A DNA stretch of 64,000 nt from an uncultured Planctomycetia bacterium (GTDB lineage Bacteria > Omnitrophota > Gorgyraeia > Duberdicusellales > 4484-171). Location of the stretch: positions 77,020 through 141,019 of the forward strand of contig CAZAYU010000002.1 of the NCBI GenBank assembly GCA_964489445.1, read 5' to 3'. The notes beneath the pieces were generated by a model, which saw nothing but the letters and a program-made list of their open reading frames with translations, was not told the origin of the DNA and did not search any database. This document shows, in pieces, positions 12,001-16,409 of this stretch. Made by a program: the position numbers and the translations under genes. Position 1 is the stretch's first letter. Every line of letters begins with the position of its first letter.

Positions 12001-15000
12001 AGATCCAATAACTTATTTTAAAAGCGAAAAAGAGGAAATTAATTTCCAAGATTATTCGGAAACGATGAGTAAAAAATATGGTTTTAAAATGAGCTCTCAA
12101 GATAAAATCACAATTGACGGAGTTGGCTATGAATTTGTGGATTTCTCTGCTGTGCCGTCTGAGATAGTAAAAAGTATAATAAACACTTCGTCGTTAGAAT
12201 TAAACGAGGAATTTAAGGAGTCGCGTATTATTGCCTTTGGTTTAAATTATAACCCTAGATTAACCAGCTTCCTGCGGGTTATAAGCACATTAATTGAAGT
12301 GTATGGGCGCTTTAAGGAAAAAGACATCAGTTTACGAATCGTTCGCCTCTGGGATGAACAGGAGTTGAATTTTGAGAAACCGATAGAGTGCTATACTTTT
12401 CAAATTTCTCATAGTGAGCAAATTAAATTGGTTATCGAGAGCAAAACAAGATCTAAGGAAGCAGTTGTTGAGGCAATGAATATCGTTGCCTGTCTTCTGA
12501 CGCAACCGGAATTTGAAAACGGATTAAACTGTCGTAATGCTCCTGAAAAACAAAAATTCGATGAGCTCTTCCATAAATTTAGAATAATTTTGTCTTTGGA
12601 AGGATCGTCGCCTGATTCTCCTCTTTCTGTTGCTACCGCTGCCTCACCGAAGAGCACTAGCTCGCCTGTTAATAAAAATTGGCGCCAGAAACTTATAAAT
12701 GCCGCAGATGATTTAAGAGTATTAAAATTGGAAGGTATTATTTTAAGCCGGCTTAGTGATTTCGAAAGAACAATACTGCAAAAGCGTACGGAATTTCCTC
12801 CGGTAGATAGAAAAAATGTGGCTGCTGAACTAGGGTATCCAGTATGGAAGGTAGCCAATATTGAGCGAATGCTTTCGGTAAAGGTTCCGGCACTGTTAAA
12901 ATTATGGAAACATGCCGATGCAGTCTTAATAGCATTATTCAACGGCTGTAGGGTAAATATTAATTATATCGGTATAAAAAATATAGATTTGCTCAGCCGG
13001 ATGATTGAACCTGCTGTTCGTTTCAGTAAGAAAGAGACCGAATTAATGAAATTTTTGTGTCAGATTATCGAATACAGAGAACAAAAAAGCAGCGAAATTA
13101 ATAGTCTTATAGTAATCAAAAGAGAAATGTCTTTAGGAATTTTTCAAGTTAAACCATCTACGTGGAGAATATTTGTTCAGAACTTCCGTGGTACAGATGA
13201 TCCTCTTTCTTCATCATCTCTGGTTTTTAGTTCCAGTTTGTCGACGGAAATAGAAGAAGTAATTGCACAGACATTAACGTCTGTCGCCTCGCCGGTGAGT
13301 ATAAGTGAAAAAAGAATCAGGAAAGTAAGAATATTTTTAAAAGAGCACCTTAATCCTAACATCATCGGTATTATAGTACACGGCTCTACAGCTAGAGGTG
13401 ATGCCTTAGAAGAAAGCGATTTTGATTTTGGTTTAATTAAAATAAACGGCGATTTTACTTATGAATTGACTCAGGCGGACCTAGATTTTCACAGAGGGCT
13501 TTTAAGATGTTTGGCACCTGTGAAGGTAGATAACCAGCTTAAACCTCTAATTTGGAAAGGAGAGGAGGCTTTTAATAAATTTGTAAGTTTATATTTTTTG
13601 GAACGCAAATACGCTACTGCCATTGAAGATGTACCGTGGGTTAATAAGCTGGAAGCTTTTATTAAAAGTTACCGCATAATTGCGAGAAACAAAGAGCTGG
13701 AAAATATAATTTATCAAAGAATAGAGGATGCTAGAAAATCGATTATGAAATCTGTACGAAATAAAGAAAATAAAACAGCTTTTACCAGCTCGTCAATAGA
13801 TGGTAGCAAGAGGCAAAGGATTAATAATCTGGCTGAATATAAGAGGCTAATGAAATTGAATGCACAGTTGTTAGTACGAAGTAACACTGTTTCTTCGAGC
13901 TTTCCGGCGGAAAAAGATGGAGAGGTAGAACGCTCTTTGATAAGTGTGGATTCTTTTATGGATTTTACAGGGCCGGTTTATTATCCTGCCAGCGAATTGG
14001 ATTTAGAAAGTATGGTTTGGTTGGCGAGATTATTTCCAAAACTTAAGATGTTGATGTATGTCGATGTTTTGGATCCGGATGAAATGAATGCAGCAACTGT
14101 TTTTAAACCAGAGGAAGATGACGGTGAAGGTGTTAGTGGAGCATTTCGATATTATGGGCCCGACGATATGTCATTATTGCAGCGTCAGATGCAAAATAAA
14201 CTATCTCAATTTCAATATCATAATGAGGCTATTATTGATTACAAAAATACTGGGGTAGATATTATTTCGGTTGAAGACATGGAATTGCTACTTAAGGTAT
14301 CTTTTAAAAGAAACATCAAAAAAGCCCCGTGGCTAAATAGCAGAGTTATAGAAATTAATTTTTTAGTTTGTGATATTTTTGATTACAAAAAAATATTTAA
14401 CGTAATTTATGTTAACTATCCCGGATATTGTGGTGGCTTAGCAAGAGTAGAAGAATTTTGGGTATTAATGCGTAAGCAGATTTCTGAGCAGGGATGTTTG
14501 TTAGAGACAAATATACATCGTAAAACACCTAAAACTAGAGTTTTTAAGAAGAAACTTTTTTCTAAGACGGACCAGATAAAATTAACCCAATATCCGCGCA
14601 TAGATGTTTTACGACCGATAAAAATTATCTCTGCCTCGCCGCTAAACTACTCGAACTTAGCATTGGGTTCAGTAAGAGAATCCAGGGTTAGCTCGACAAT
14701 AAGTCATTGTTCCAAAGTTGTTTCGATAAGAAAATTAACGCTTGCTGATTTTGATGTGTCTAATTACTCATCTTCTTCTGTATCCGCAAGTTCTAATTTA
14801 GTGACAAGTAGTATTCTCGGTAATTTATACAATATGAGAAACATGTTCATTGCGTATCAGGATATTCTTAGTAGTTCCGGGAAGATGATTCAAGCGTGGG
14901 TTAATGAGTCAATAGCTGCTATGTATAAGCCGGATATTAGGTCAAAAGAGATCAGAAGAGCAAAAAAGATTACAGAGCTAATGCCTGATCCTCAAAGAAT

Positions 15001-15991
15001 AAGTCTTACGGACAATGGAAGATATAACTGGTTTGGTTGGTTTAATCTTGAGAATATTGATGTTTGGCGGATTTTAGGGTTTGGATGTATTGATCCTTGT
15101 CAATTTTGTCTACAGGAAAATGTAAAATCAAAAGCAGTTAATTATCCATTACCGGTGATTATCAAGTTGGTAATTGAAGAGAACCCAGCAGCGCAATTTA
15201 ATTTTTGGCATAATAATGAACCGTTTCAGTGGTATGATCCGTTTTTTAAGAGTTCCTTAGACGGACTAATTGAATTTACTGTACGACGATATCCGCATAT
15301 GTTTTTTTATGTGACAACAAGAGGCTTTGAATTGAGTGATTGTCGTTCAGAAAAGACTGCCAGAAATATTTGCAATTTGGTAAATGAATATCCGCAACTA
15401 AAGAATCGTATTTTTAATGTTTCTTTTCATCTTTGCTTAGGAACTCTTAAGTATGACATTATCCGCGCGATAGCATATCGGGGTAAACAGCCAGAAATAT
15501 TTAATCAAGTCCGAAAAAATTATATTGAAAGGTATAGAAATATCTTTTCAGCTTTAAACAGTGCAATTCAAAGAATTTATATTTATCGAGACGGTCCAAA
15601 TAATTTTTTAGGAGAAATTAATTGGGATATTTTTGCTAAAGCAACTCAAGAGATAGGGAGGCACGAATGGCAGGTAGAGTCACATACGATAGGCAATCAT
15701 GATTCTTATAATAAAAGCAGGGATTTTATCAACAGGCTTAAGCAGGCATTTAATGGCAAATATGTTAGGGCTTCTTATATGAGAATACAGAACCGGGATT
15801 TTATTCCAGAGGATAACGTTCCTCAGATAGAGACATTCAAGAGTGGAAAAGTTATTATTCGCAGTAATGGGGAGGAAATTGCAAGATCGACATTAGTTGA
15901 CTTAGATTATCATCCAGAAGCTGCGCTGAGAATTAATGGGTGCGGATTAGGTGTTGAGAGCAATTATGGTGCACCAATAAATGTTCAGTAA
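2..15991 (+). CDS. Giant multi-module (polyprotein-like) protein, 5'-truncated, >5,329 aa
   Basis: Frame 2 has no stop from nt 2 (AAA GAT ATA GAA... = KDIE...) to TAA at 15989-15991. The track's TTG start at 89 is just the first start-like codon and has no RBS. Contains many recognisable domain motifs separated by Ser-Ser linkers. Confidence 0.9.
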   Translation, partial: KDIENAFTEDNSLKRVSVILSTRKKPSSILSRVNGKEEEHLPSWQDRFSALKGFLEKEGISQDICIAVSYAVCSKIVDSRKLKYRLRFFQKYGFLTEKECRLLIKRKYIDWERFSQRIAEEYRVLINSSQKFTEKQVKLILKRGFSEQAACDLKNKYRKYGITKSELVQSMCNQDPEKYLGKLIMPRARADGNRMIFRRHLEDEIGVFFLPAERNEIIDGLLEFITGRKWEHNEVFVRKLNKLTQCNTITLKQKNMLLNIGRYASEAFTNQFKPKDVAQRIKQNMILYLDPSLQNGLVTPRQALFLVVRGYLYPEFKSIMNEYCLTKTELLEVIHGYSNPGEILEKLRPQRINYLHRKTKLPEYFIKIILIKRGSKITDGYLEDLLKEAKYLIKTYAIPVYIALNWYIRGNNAQSFKQRVVGLSRQEGLPIRLTYHLFFQRELTQKDINRNIIMLSESCGRILQEKKVAYQKMQESLSALEKDIYRDVSFVQAVIIRKKIEQLVKARPNNEILNGLKKEFGVKYHILQELVDLIFNQLKNDNLSEAIYSGARNKGVSLAVYRIVEARKEIKKIAKTASKEITDFQNNNLMYLYQKRKKASVRENSELKKCLSEKIVQRISGKLGGVLEESVIIELGEKIISGFFNTKNGKVKNKLERFRENGSLTLQQCALVESHRWQVFSRENWLDRLSDNLVFDVSRLKREFDFSDSLVINIILKGYYYSWICELYRQYPHLKKSFLDRMFRAEFPEKYLLCHCGPLDREVKAAQVFMKELTKSTDFSLPKQVEELLSQDYTYRQLVVLVLNARVNHSESNISLGKQAARYFVQAHLSIAEEIAKEYRYRYCSRQCIQEGTTALYEALKSYTPDYQSENGFPEHARKFIKQRYEQILKMTRKDYQNQNYHSVSIDAPAYGDSSRITKQEILGVNDIASGFGNNLHQLNPEDNIIFSEKAQNGSIKQKEEREDLRKNIFSDVARKLYQQKNISSAWLEILLSEINQYSGDSEDLSQQFNVDVEEVEKCLKIGLAKIGEHIIAHPELIAHFSISAVSEVKQKKGTLQYEEKKGSSSALKVVEHLCCNEEFIEITNCASYRHLRSPPKKIVIPECSYSLARFFRLSFGRASSPVNQDKNIAFKYNQNNPESIIAETFLARMYGNINPDRKAKILWQLLLGAGIIPFWQTAKIISKTIIFMVWATFCFKWNQKYREQFFKTVKEDLSCRYSKTAYIGNQTTACRVDFKERIQNRKIVEEFTQCIRKIFSSVIFIWCFTTFSCLMKFVDTLDGRAVIVYCFGLPEMVLFFVILPAAAYLFLINVIYNIDVIVRDLEKSLAIETSIISRKSSSNCDNSSSSSIERRYTSSLREISHIGEIIRELIRKDPFAAFSFNNEKLWMQIVPDKSNCLRYVIYPEVGEVRRLFFLRALNKPVGDPFVAPSGSLGQIIFFLNNSIEIEKLASGMFLEVQSNIWLRRMNPEMRNLLLRWIISAVQHIISAAHKEGIYDFYASTPKFIKSIYLRDGIRLDQGNLKKHYQRPFRRQWQKKDIEVLDKYVNYTDSNIVPLWYYNRESRLLKSSSSISIISGKEPEPISAVKINTNPLTSSQQVYLENAAKGRKIPSYYLNVIFEKFRKLELISSERESWDRCRPIVRLEALRVAMANHWIKPGNISFLEEVIRNPLSPKQQDILELILDLELDVRNFSRTYQILADKFKITVNSVANNHVRQIYKKLKVNSGLIKSGWGLVEAAKIAAESGYIKYDVSKYERFVQKYSKIELTVGEKKCLIKQIFGIDSEYVRSRDAKLMNAMSSCNRRIRNKLGIRKKWNRGDSMMPVADYVLRQDMISTEDIVTVAVSLPYITKIFSVDFLKVYFSRKHSARDIKEAFKVFLPGNVEKTKKIILFYICNVKQIIYPLTSGCLEALEDALRVNLPATVKQFGPTVFFGLFGEGEKDLGALVRKLISKRVHDFNPGDLSCRKEKLARVSIKEPEEEPEEEFKTANSANVEEIKMLTKFFSPEEFDPNLLYKVGEKILGNGFLLPVLEEKIDFIMGLLLDRNRRHDYVYAFLILKKAMEDHPQRTAELFIPHLFSKQLPINNDGLPFIEKLYKERNGWFDYFIHKLWPYLSQPLKNDISQLQNHKSLSSTGVDYWGMSSSSINYKNYNDYVCTNKETIVGSSAINNRPVKSFTELNKEEVFKLVPKGSRRHTRNVIRLVGQIGNVVGLAQKELCCLKYLACAHDIGKGNKNISHLFLSSEIWDKNAKERRLARKHSRYTVVILEKHFGIQLPHGERQIIFWHNRLKAINWKWVSSQNKLFWLILIIADIIDGSIDTSRKHKVGKNLKFDPAMTLKRIRIVVGDLLSADDNVKKIYNVVERLCFNEEFIETANRASYRHLRSPPEEIAIPKCGDSVSKSVYSGWKNGKAVSSSAVFRGVNYSASKIDIKEISIPNIRNHHYQIILKKTNNGNWPGICKVWVNSTSVGDLEYWVRETLVVLRRFYIKRKYRGEGIGQTVMHFIADLVWEKNIRFNTKTLLGISAVTDAVLVRTFCNAIENIVYGSLDDPKSTDKEDLLSKVNSGGGLNFRGDPIGLSALYPKEKEWPIFFESASSVVNADYCSSSLPVSISDELITEIKVLRRRDEPGYSNFMQLLDKANSYDIKAAIDRIEPYLRSYFILLLSKKDPEKLILKSISPMDILPLEKIADILSIDSSAFMIAQSADEYKNSISLYIPGETKLVKIFIRSLSMLPITISRFADNREPLPPYINEFLGRKGVKSCIIHDGYRTRVQLFYGLTWRFSIDYFELDSSLWGKGIGDILYVNLERYAKECGFTVISVEGGCPVEPKSEVFFARQGFSESFAIRDEGGRESNPQMTFIVFKKIISSAFADNSSSPMDKEDYKDFGQKQGSKEQAANEKEEIENALRKTRVRNEAAKIFGISPAQFYRKIKKHGIDLNTFSKKKGRLSDITKEKMEELIIRHKGSVAAIAYELKVSGTAVSLLLKKYGQADWAKEQRKKYGKIINKKRFQMMMSSWKKNRKTAVREVTRICFGEENINADDEIFFWEKENRIKVTKILDAVVKDIIGEGFHVIPEIRRNKFILACGLRELLVSAKAASSRELLKEAGLIPAGNCLDGLEVSSSALFNFGWRLALPVSRAINHYSLKCFRVKQPKSNLIVIDVKIGKEKKGCIKSLSSKRLILSAGESLPFKSCEIIDVKSIEFIEKDSRKKSSSSLKTIGFGSSDLSFDRCHKEAQRLIKTLQYKGIPWTDAYMRVLPEVEKVTKKYPDKWFISAINLGIAITKEGLLPCPILYYGVGLAVISSNASFDQYKQNLNCLKYWAEEISRIVWKNVNEEGEKYNFRQISTTKSKNIIWRNTAYRKIDDSLKSIEVNGITSSRRLRTALDESSGYSINWPSSCLVTFCSDQSEYKNYIIRFLSRCLGNGHSKNVNVKERLEENVSSSSVEIVFNSPDWEAIRNTELFSVVVPISGRTDDYNIFYQKTYDWLLYFFRLSLFKEQIADLLSYTLAEIFHDAVRKNLDLRAAYSLSGFFVLDNSTECAPVYLNAEFIQKANSQTDYQWLLSTQKEYAKQGPDYLLSEKIQKNRQDIDDDFRYGLAQFARLIYELPCCLKYAVSSIAPFKTTVEFTVKIMNLPDFVEKDVPICTLKKEKLQKAKVLLTSELSKWKNQLDLTLAFSGQENREHIFFRKGLMQLSMKNLISLRTFEEIREVLLSAHKIIFKIHENIITLPSLSGKEKLKISSGRLANINFNCAFLKQWLGELFKEIEVIENIGHHSNGKAKVRTLLPKKVSSSIMKAEKEAITSLAVISCLTRGEEELSLLDTSFYFPQYLRKKTSEFVYGSNNPVSSSAVKSNEYLFGLKIISMKIIYSENPESVLEQILQLSMRFAVEDGEMLMTKEYIKDEIENDSKDFNLAFVDAAGVIIGYLLTQESPRHPNALWFTFMGVEKERRNKGFAKMMMKIAALKAVEYNIERIKLGVRKENKIAIAMYERCGFQRDPITYFKSEKEEINFQDYSETMSKKYGFKMSSQDKITIDGVGYEFVDFSAVPSEIVKSIINTSSLELNEEFKESRIIAFGLNYNPRLTSFLRVISTLIEVYGRFKEKDISLRIVRLWDEQELNFEKPIECYTFQISHSEQIKLVIESKTRSKEAVVEAMNIVACLLTQPEFENGLNCRNAPEKQKFDELFHKFRIILSLEGSSPDSPLSVATAASPKSTSSPVNKNWRQKLINAADDLRVLKLEGIILSRLSDFERTILQKRTEFPPVDRKNVAAELGYPVWKVANIERMLSVKVPALLKLWKHADAVLIALFNGCRVNINYIGIKNIDLLSRMIEPAVRFSKKETELMKFLCQIIEYREQKSSEINSLIVIKREMSLGIFQVKPSTWRIFVQNFRGTDDPLSSSSLVFSSSLSTEIEEVIAQTLTSVASPVSISEKRIRKVRIFLKEHLNPNIIGIIVHGSTARGDALEESDFDFGLIKINGDFTYELTQADLDFHRGLLRCLAPVKVDNQLKPLIWKGEEAFNKFVSLYFLERKYATAIEDVPWVNKLEAFIKSYRIIARNKELENIIYQRIEDARKSIMKSVRNKENKTAFTSSSIDGSKRQRINNLAEYKRLMKLNAQLLVRSNTVSSSFPAEKDGEVERSLISVDSFMDFTGPVYYPASELDLESMVWLARLFPKLKMLMYVDVLDPDEMNAATVFKPEEDDGEGVSGAFRYYGPDDMSLLQRQMQNKLSQFQYHNEAIIDYKNTGVDIISVEDMELLLKVSFKRNIKKAPWLNSRVIEINFLVCDIFDYKKIFNVIYVNYPGYCGGLARVEEFWVLMRKQISEQGCLLETNIHRKTPKTRVFKKKLFSKTDQIKLTQYPRIDVLRPIKIISASPLNYSNLALGSVRESRVSSTISHCSKVVSIRKLTLADFDVSNYSSSSVSASSNLVTSSILGNLYNMRNMFIAYQDILSSSGKMIQAWVNESIAAMYKPDIRSKEIRRAKKITELMPDPQRISLTDNGRYNWFGWFNLENIDVWRILGFGCIDPCQFCLQENVKSKAVNYPLPVIIKLVIEENPAAQFNFWHNNEPFQWYDPFFKSSLDGLIEFTVRRYPHMFFYVTTRGFELSDCRSEKTARNICNLVNEYPQLKNRIFNVSFHLCLGTLKYDIIRAIAYRGKQPEIFNQVRKNYIERYRNIFSALNSAIQRIYIYRDGPNNFLGEINWDIFAKATQEIGRHEWQVESHTIGNHDSYNKSRDFINRLKQAFNGKYVRASYMRIQNRDFIPEDNVPQIETFKSGKVIIRSNGEEIARSTLVDLDYHPEAALRINGCGLGVESNYGAPINVQ
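2366..3085 (+). other. Degenerate sigma-70-like module (regions 2-4) within giant ORF
   Basis: AARYFVQAHLSIAEEIAKEY...CIQEGTTALYEALKSY...GFPEHARKFIKQ resembles region 2, SVSIDAPAYGD region 3, and EDLSQQFNVDVEEVEKCLKIGLAKI a region 4 HTH. Confidence 0.65.
3209..3313 (+). repeat. Copy 1 of a 105-bp in-frame direct repeat (copy 2 at 7082-7186)
   Basis: VVEHLCCNEEFIEITNCASYRHLRSPPKKIVIPEC vs VVERLCFNEEFIETANRASYRHLRSPPEEIAIPKC; hand count 26/35 aa and 86/105 nt identical, with a 24-bp identical core TATCGTCATTTACGTTCTCCGCCT. Confidence 0.9.
3490..3945 (+). other. Hydrophobic module with 3-4 putative transmembrane helices within giant ORF
   Basis: IISKTIIFMVWATFCF, IFSSVIFIWCFTTFSCLM, AVIVYCFGLPEMVLFFVILPAAAYLFLINVIY. 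Confidence 0.55.
4772..5445 (+). other. Tandem LuxR/GerE-like HTH repeats within giant ORF
   Basis: PLTSSQQVYL...IFEKF, PLSPKQQDILEL...YQILADKFKITVNSVANNHVRQIYKKLKV, ELTVGEKKCL...RRIRNKLGI. Confidence 0.55.
6575..7080 (+). other. HD-domain phosphohydrolase module (HD-GYP-like, GYP absent) within giant ORF
   Basis: HTRNV...LACAHDIGK (His at nt 6680)...RKHS...IIFWHN...ILIIADIIDG...SR. Confidence 0.75.
7082..7186 (+). repeat. Copy 2 of the 105-bp in-frame direct repeat
   Basis: Aligns to 3209-3313 and follows the HD module. Confidence 0.9.
7385..7530 (+). other. GNAT acetyltransferase module 1 within giant ORF
   Basis: VGDLEY...LRRFYIKRKYRGEGIGQTVM matches acetyl-CoA motif A, R/QxxGxG. Confidence 0.65.
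8315..8600 (+). other. GNAT acetyltransferase module 2 within giant ORF
   Basis: IDYFELDSSLWGKGIGDILYVNLERYAKECGF...SEVFFARQGF. Confidence 0.7.
8702..8975 (+). other. Two Fis-type HTH motifs within giant ORF
   Basis: EKEEIENALRKTRVRNEAAKIFGISPAQFYRKIKKHGI and KEKMEELIIRHKGSVAAIAYELKVSGTAVSLLLKKYG. Confidence 0.7.
11690..12000 (+). other. GNAT acetyltransferase module 3 (RimI-like) within giant ORF
   Basis: GVIIGYLL...FMGVEKERRNKGFAKMMM...IKLGVRKENKIAIAMYERCGF. Confidence 0.85.
12740..12875 (+). other. Sigma-70 region 4-like HTH within giant ORF
   Basis: LSRLSDFERTILQKR...DRKNVAAELGYPVWKVANIE. Confidence 0.6.
13310..13560 (+). other. Pol-beta superfamily minimal nucleotidyltransferase (MNT-like) module within giant ORF
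   Basis: IIGIIVHGSTARGDALEESDFDFGLI (GS-x-ARG...SDxD, Gly at nt 13382) and a later KVD. Confidence 0.8.
13965..14520 (+). other. Possible class I SAM-methyltransferase-like module within giant ORF
   Basis: GPVYYPASELD...LMYVD...FLVCDIFD...FNVIYVNYP...GCLLET, a Rossmann-like strand pattern with a degenerate Gly motif. Confidence 0.35.
15060..15620 (+). other. Radical SAM module at C-terminus of giant ORF
   Basis: GCIDPCQFC = CxxxCxxC (nt 15086-15109), followed by NNEPF (GGE-like), VTTRG (TNG-like) and NVSFH. Confidence 0.7.
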
Positions 15992-16069
15992 ACATAAGTC
16001 AAATATCTAATAATTTGGTAGAAAAAAAATATTGATGTGATAAAATAAAGTTATAAAGGAGGTAGATTA

Positions 16070-16381
16070 ATGAATATTCAAGGATTGAAGAATCGCAGGT
16101 TATTTGAAAGAACTCCTTGCGCTCTTCTGGGAGACTACAACAATAGCAATCATAAGGCAGTAGGAACCAAGTGCTATGACATATCTACAACTGGTGCCGG
16201 ATTATTTCTGTTTGAACGTCTAGCTAAGGGATTTGAAATGCAGCTTAACCTGATTACTAAAAAAATAGCGCCTTTATCTTTAGCCGGAAAAATTTGCTGG
16301 TGCCGAAAGGAAGCCACTGGCTATCGGGCTGGAATCGCTTTTAATAAAAGTTTAAATCTTCCCTTAGAGGCACTTGCCTAA
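16070..16381 (+). CDS. Stand-alone PilZ domain protein (c-di-GMP receptor)
   Basis: RRLFER (RxxxR) and DISTTG (DxSxxG) motifs; strong RBS AAGGAGGT. Confidence 0.85.
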   Translation: MNIQGLKNRRLFERTPCALLGDYNNSNHKAVGTKCYDISTTGAGLFLFERLAKGFEMQLNLITKKIAPLSLAGKICWCRKEATGYRAGIAFNKSLNLPLEALA

Positions 16382-16409
16382 GAAAATTTCTGTTTAGTGT
16401 CTATCAATT

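Noticed and set aside
2-15991. Giant ORF as NRPS/PKS, RTX/MARTX, Rhs or intein-containing protein
   Set aside because: I saw no A/C/KS motifs, GGxGxD nonapeptides, YD repeats, CPD protease or intein termini in the visible part.
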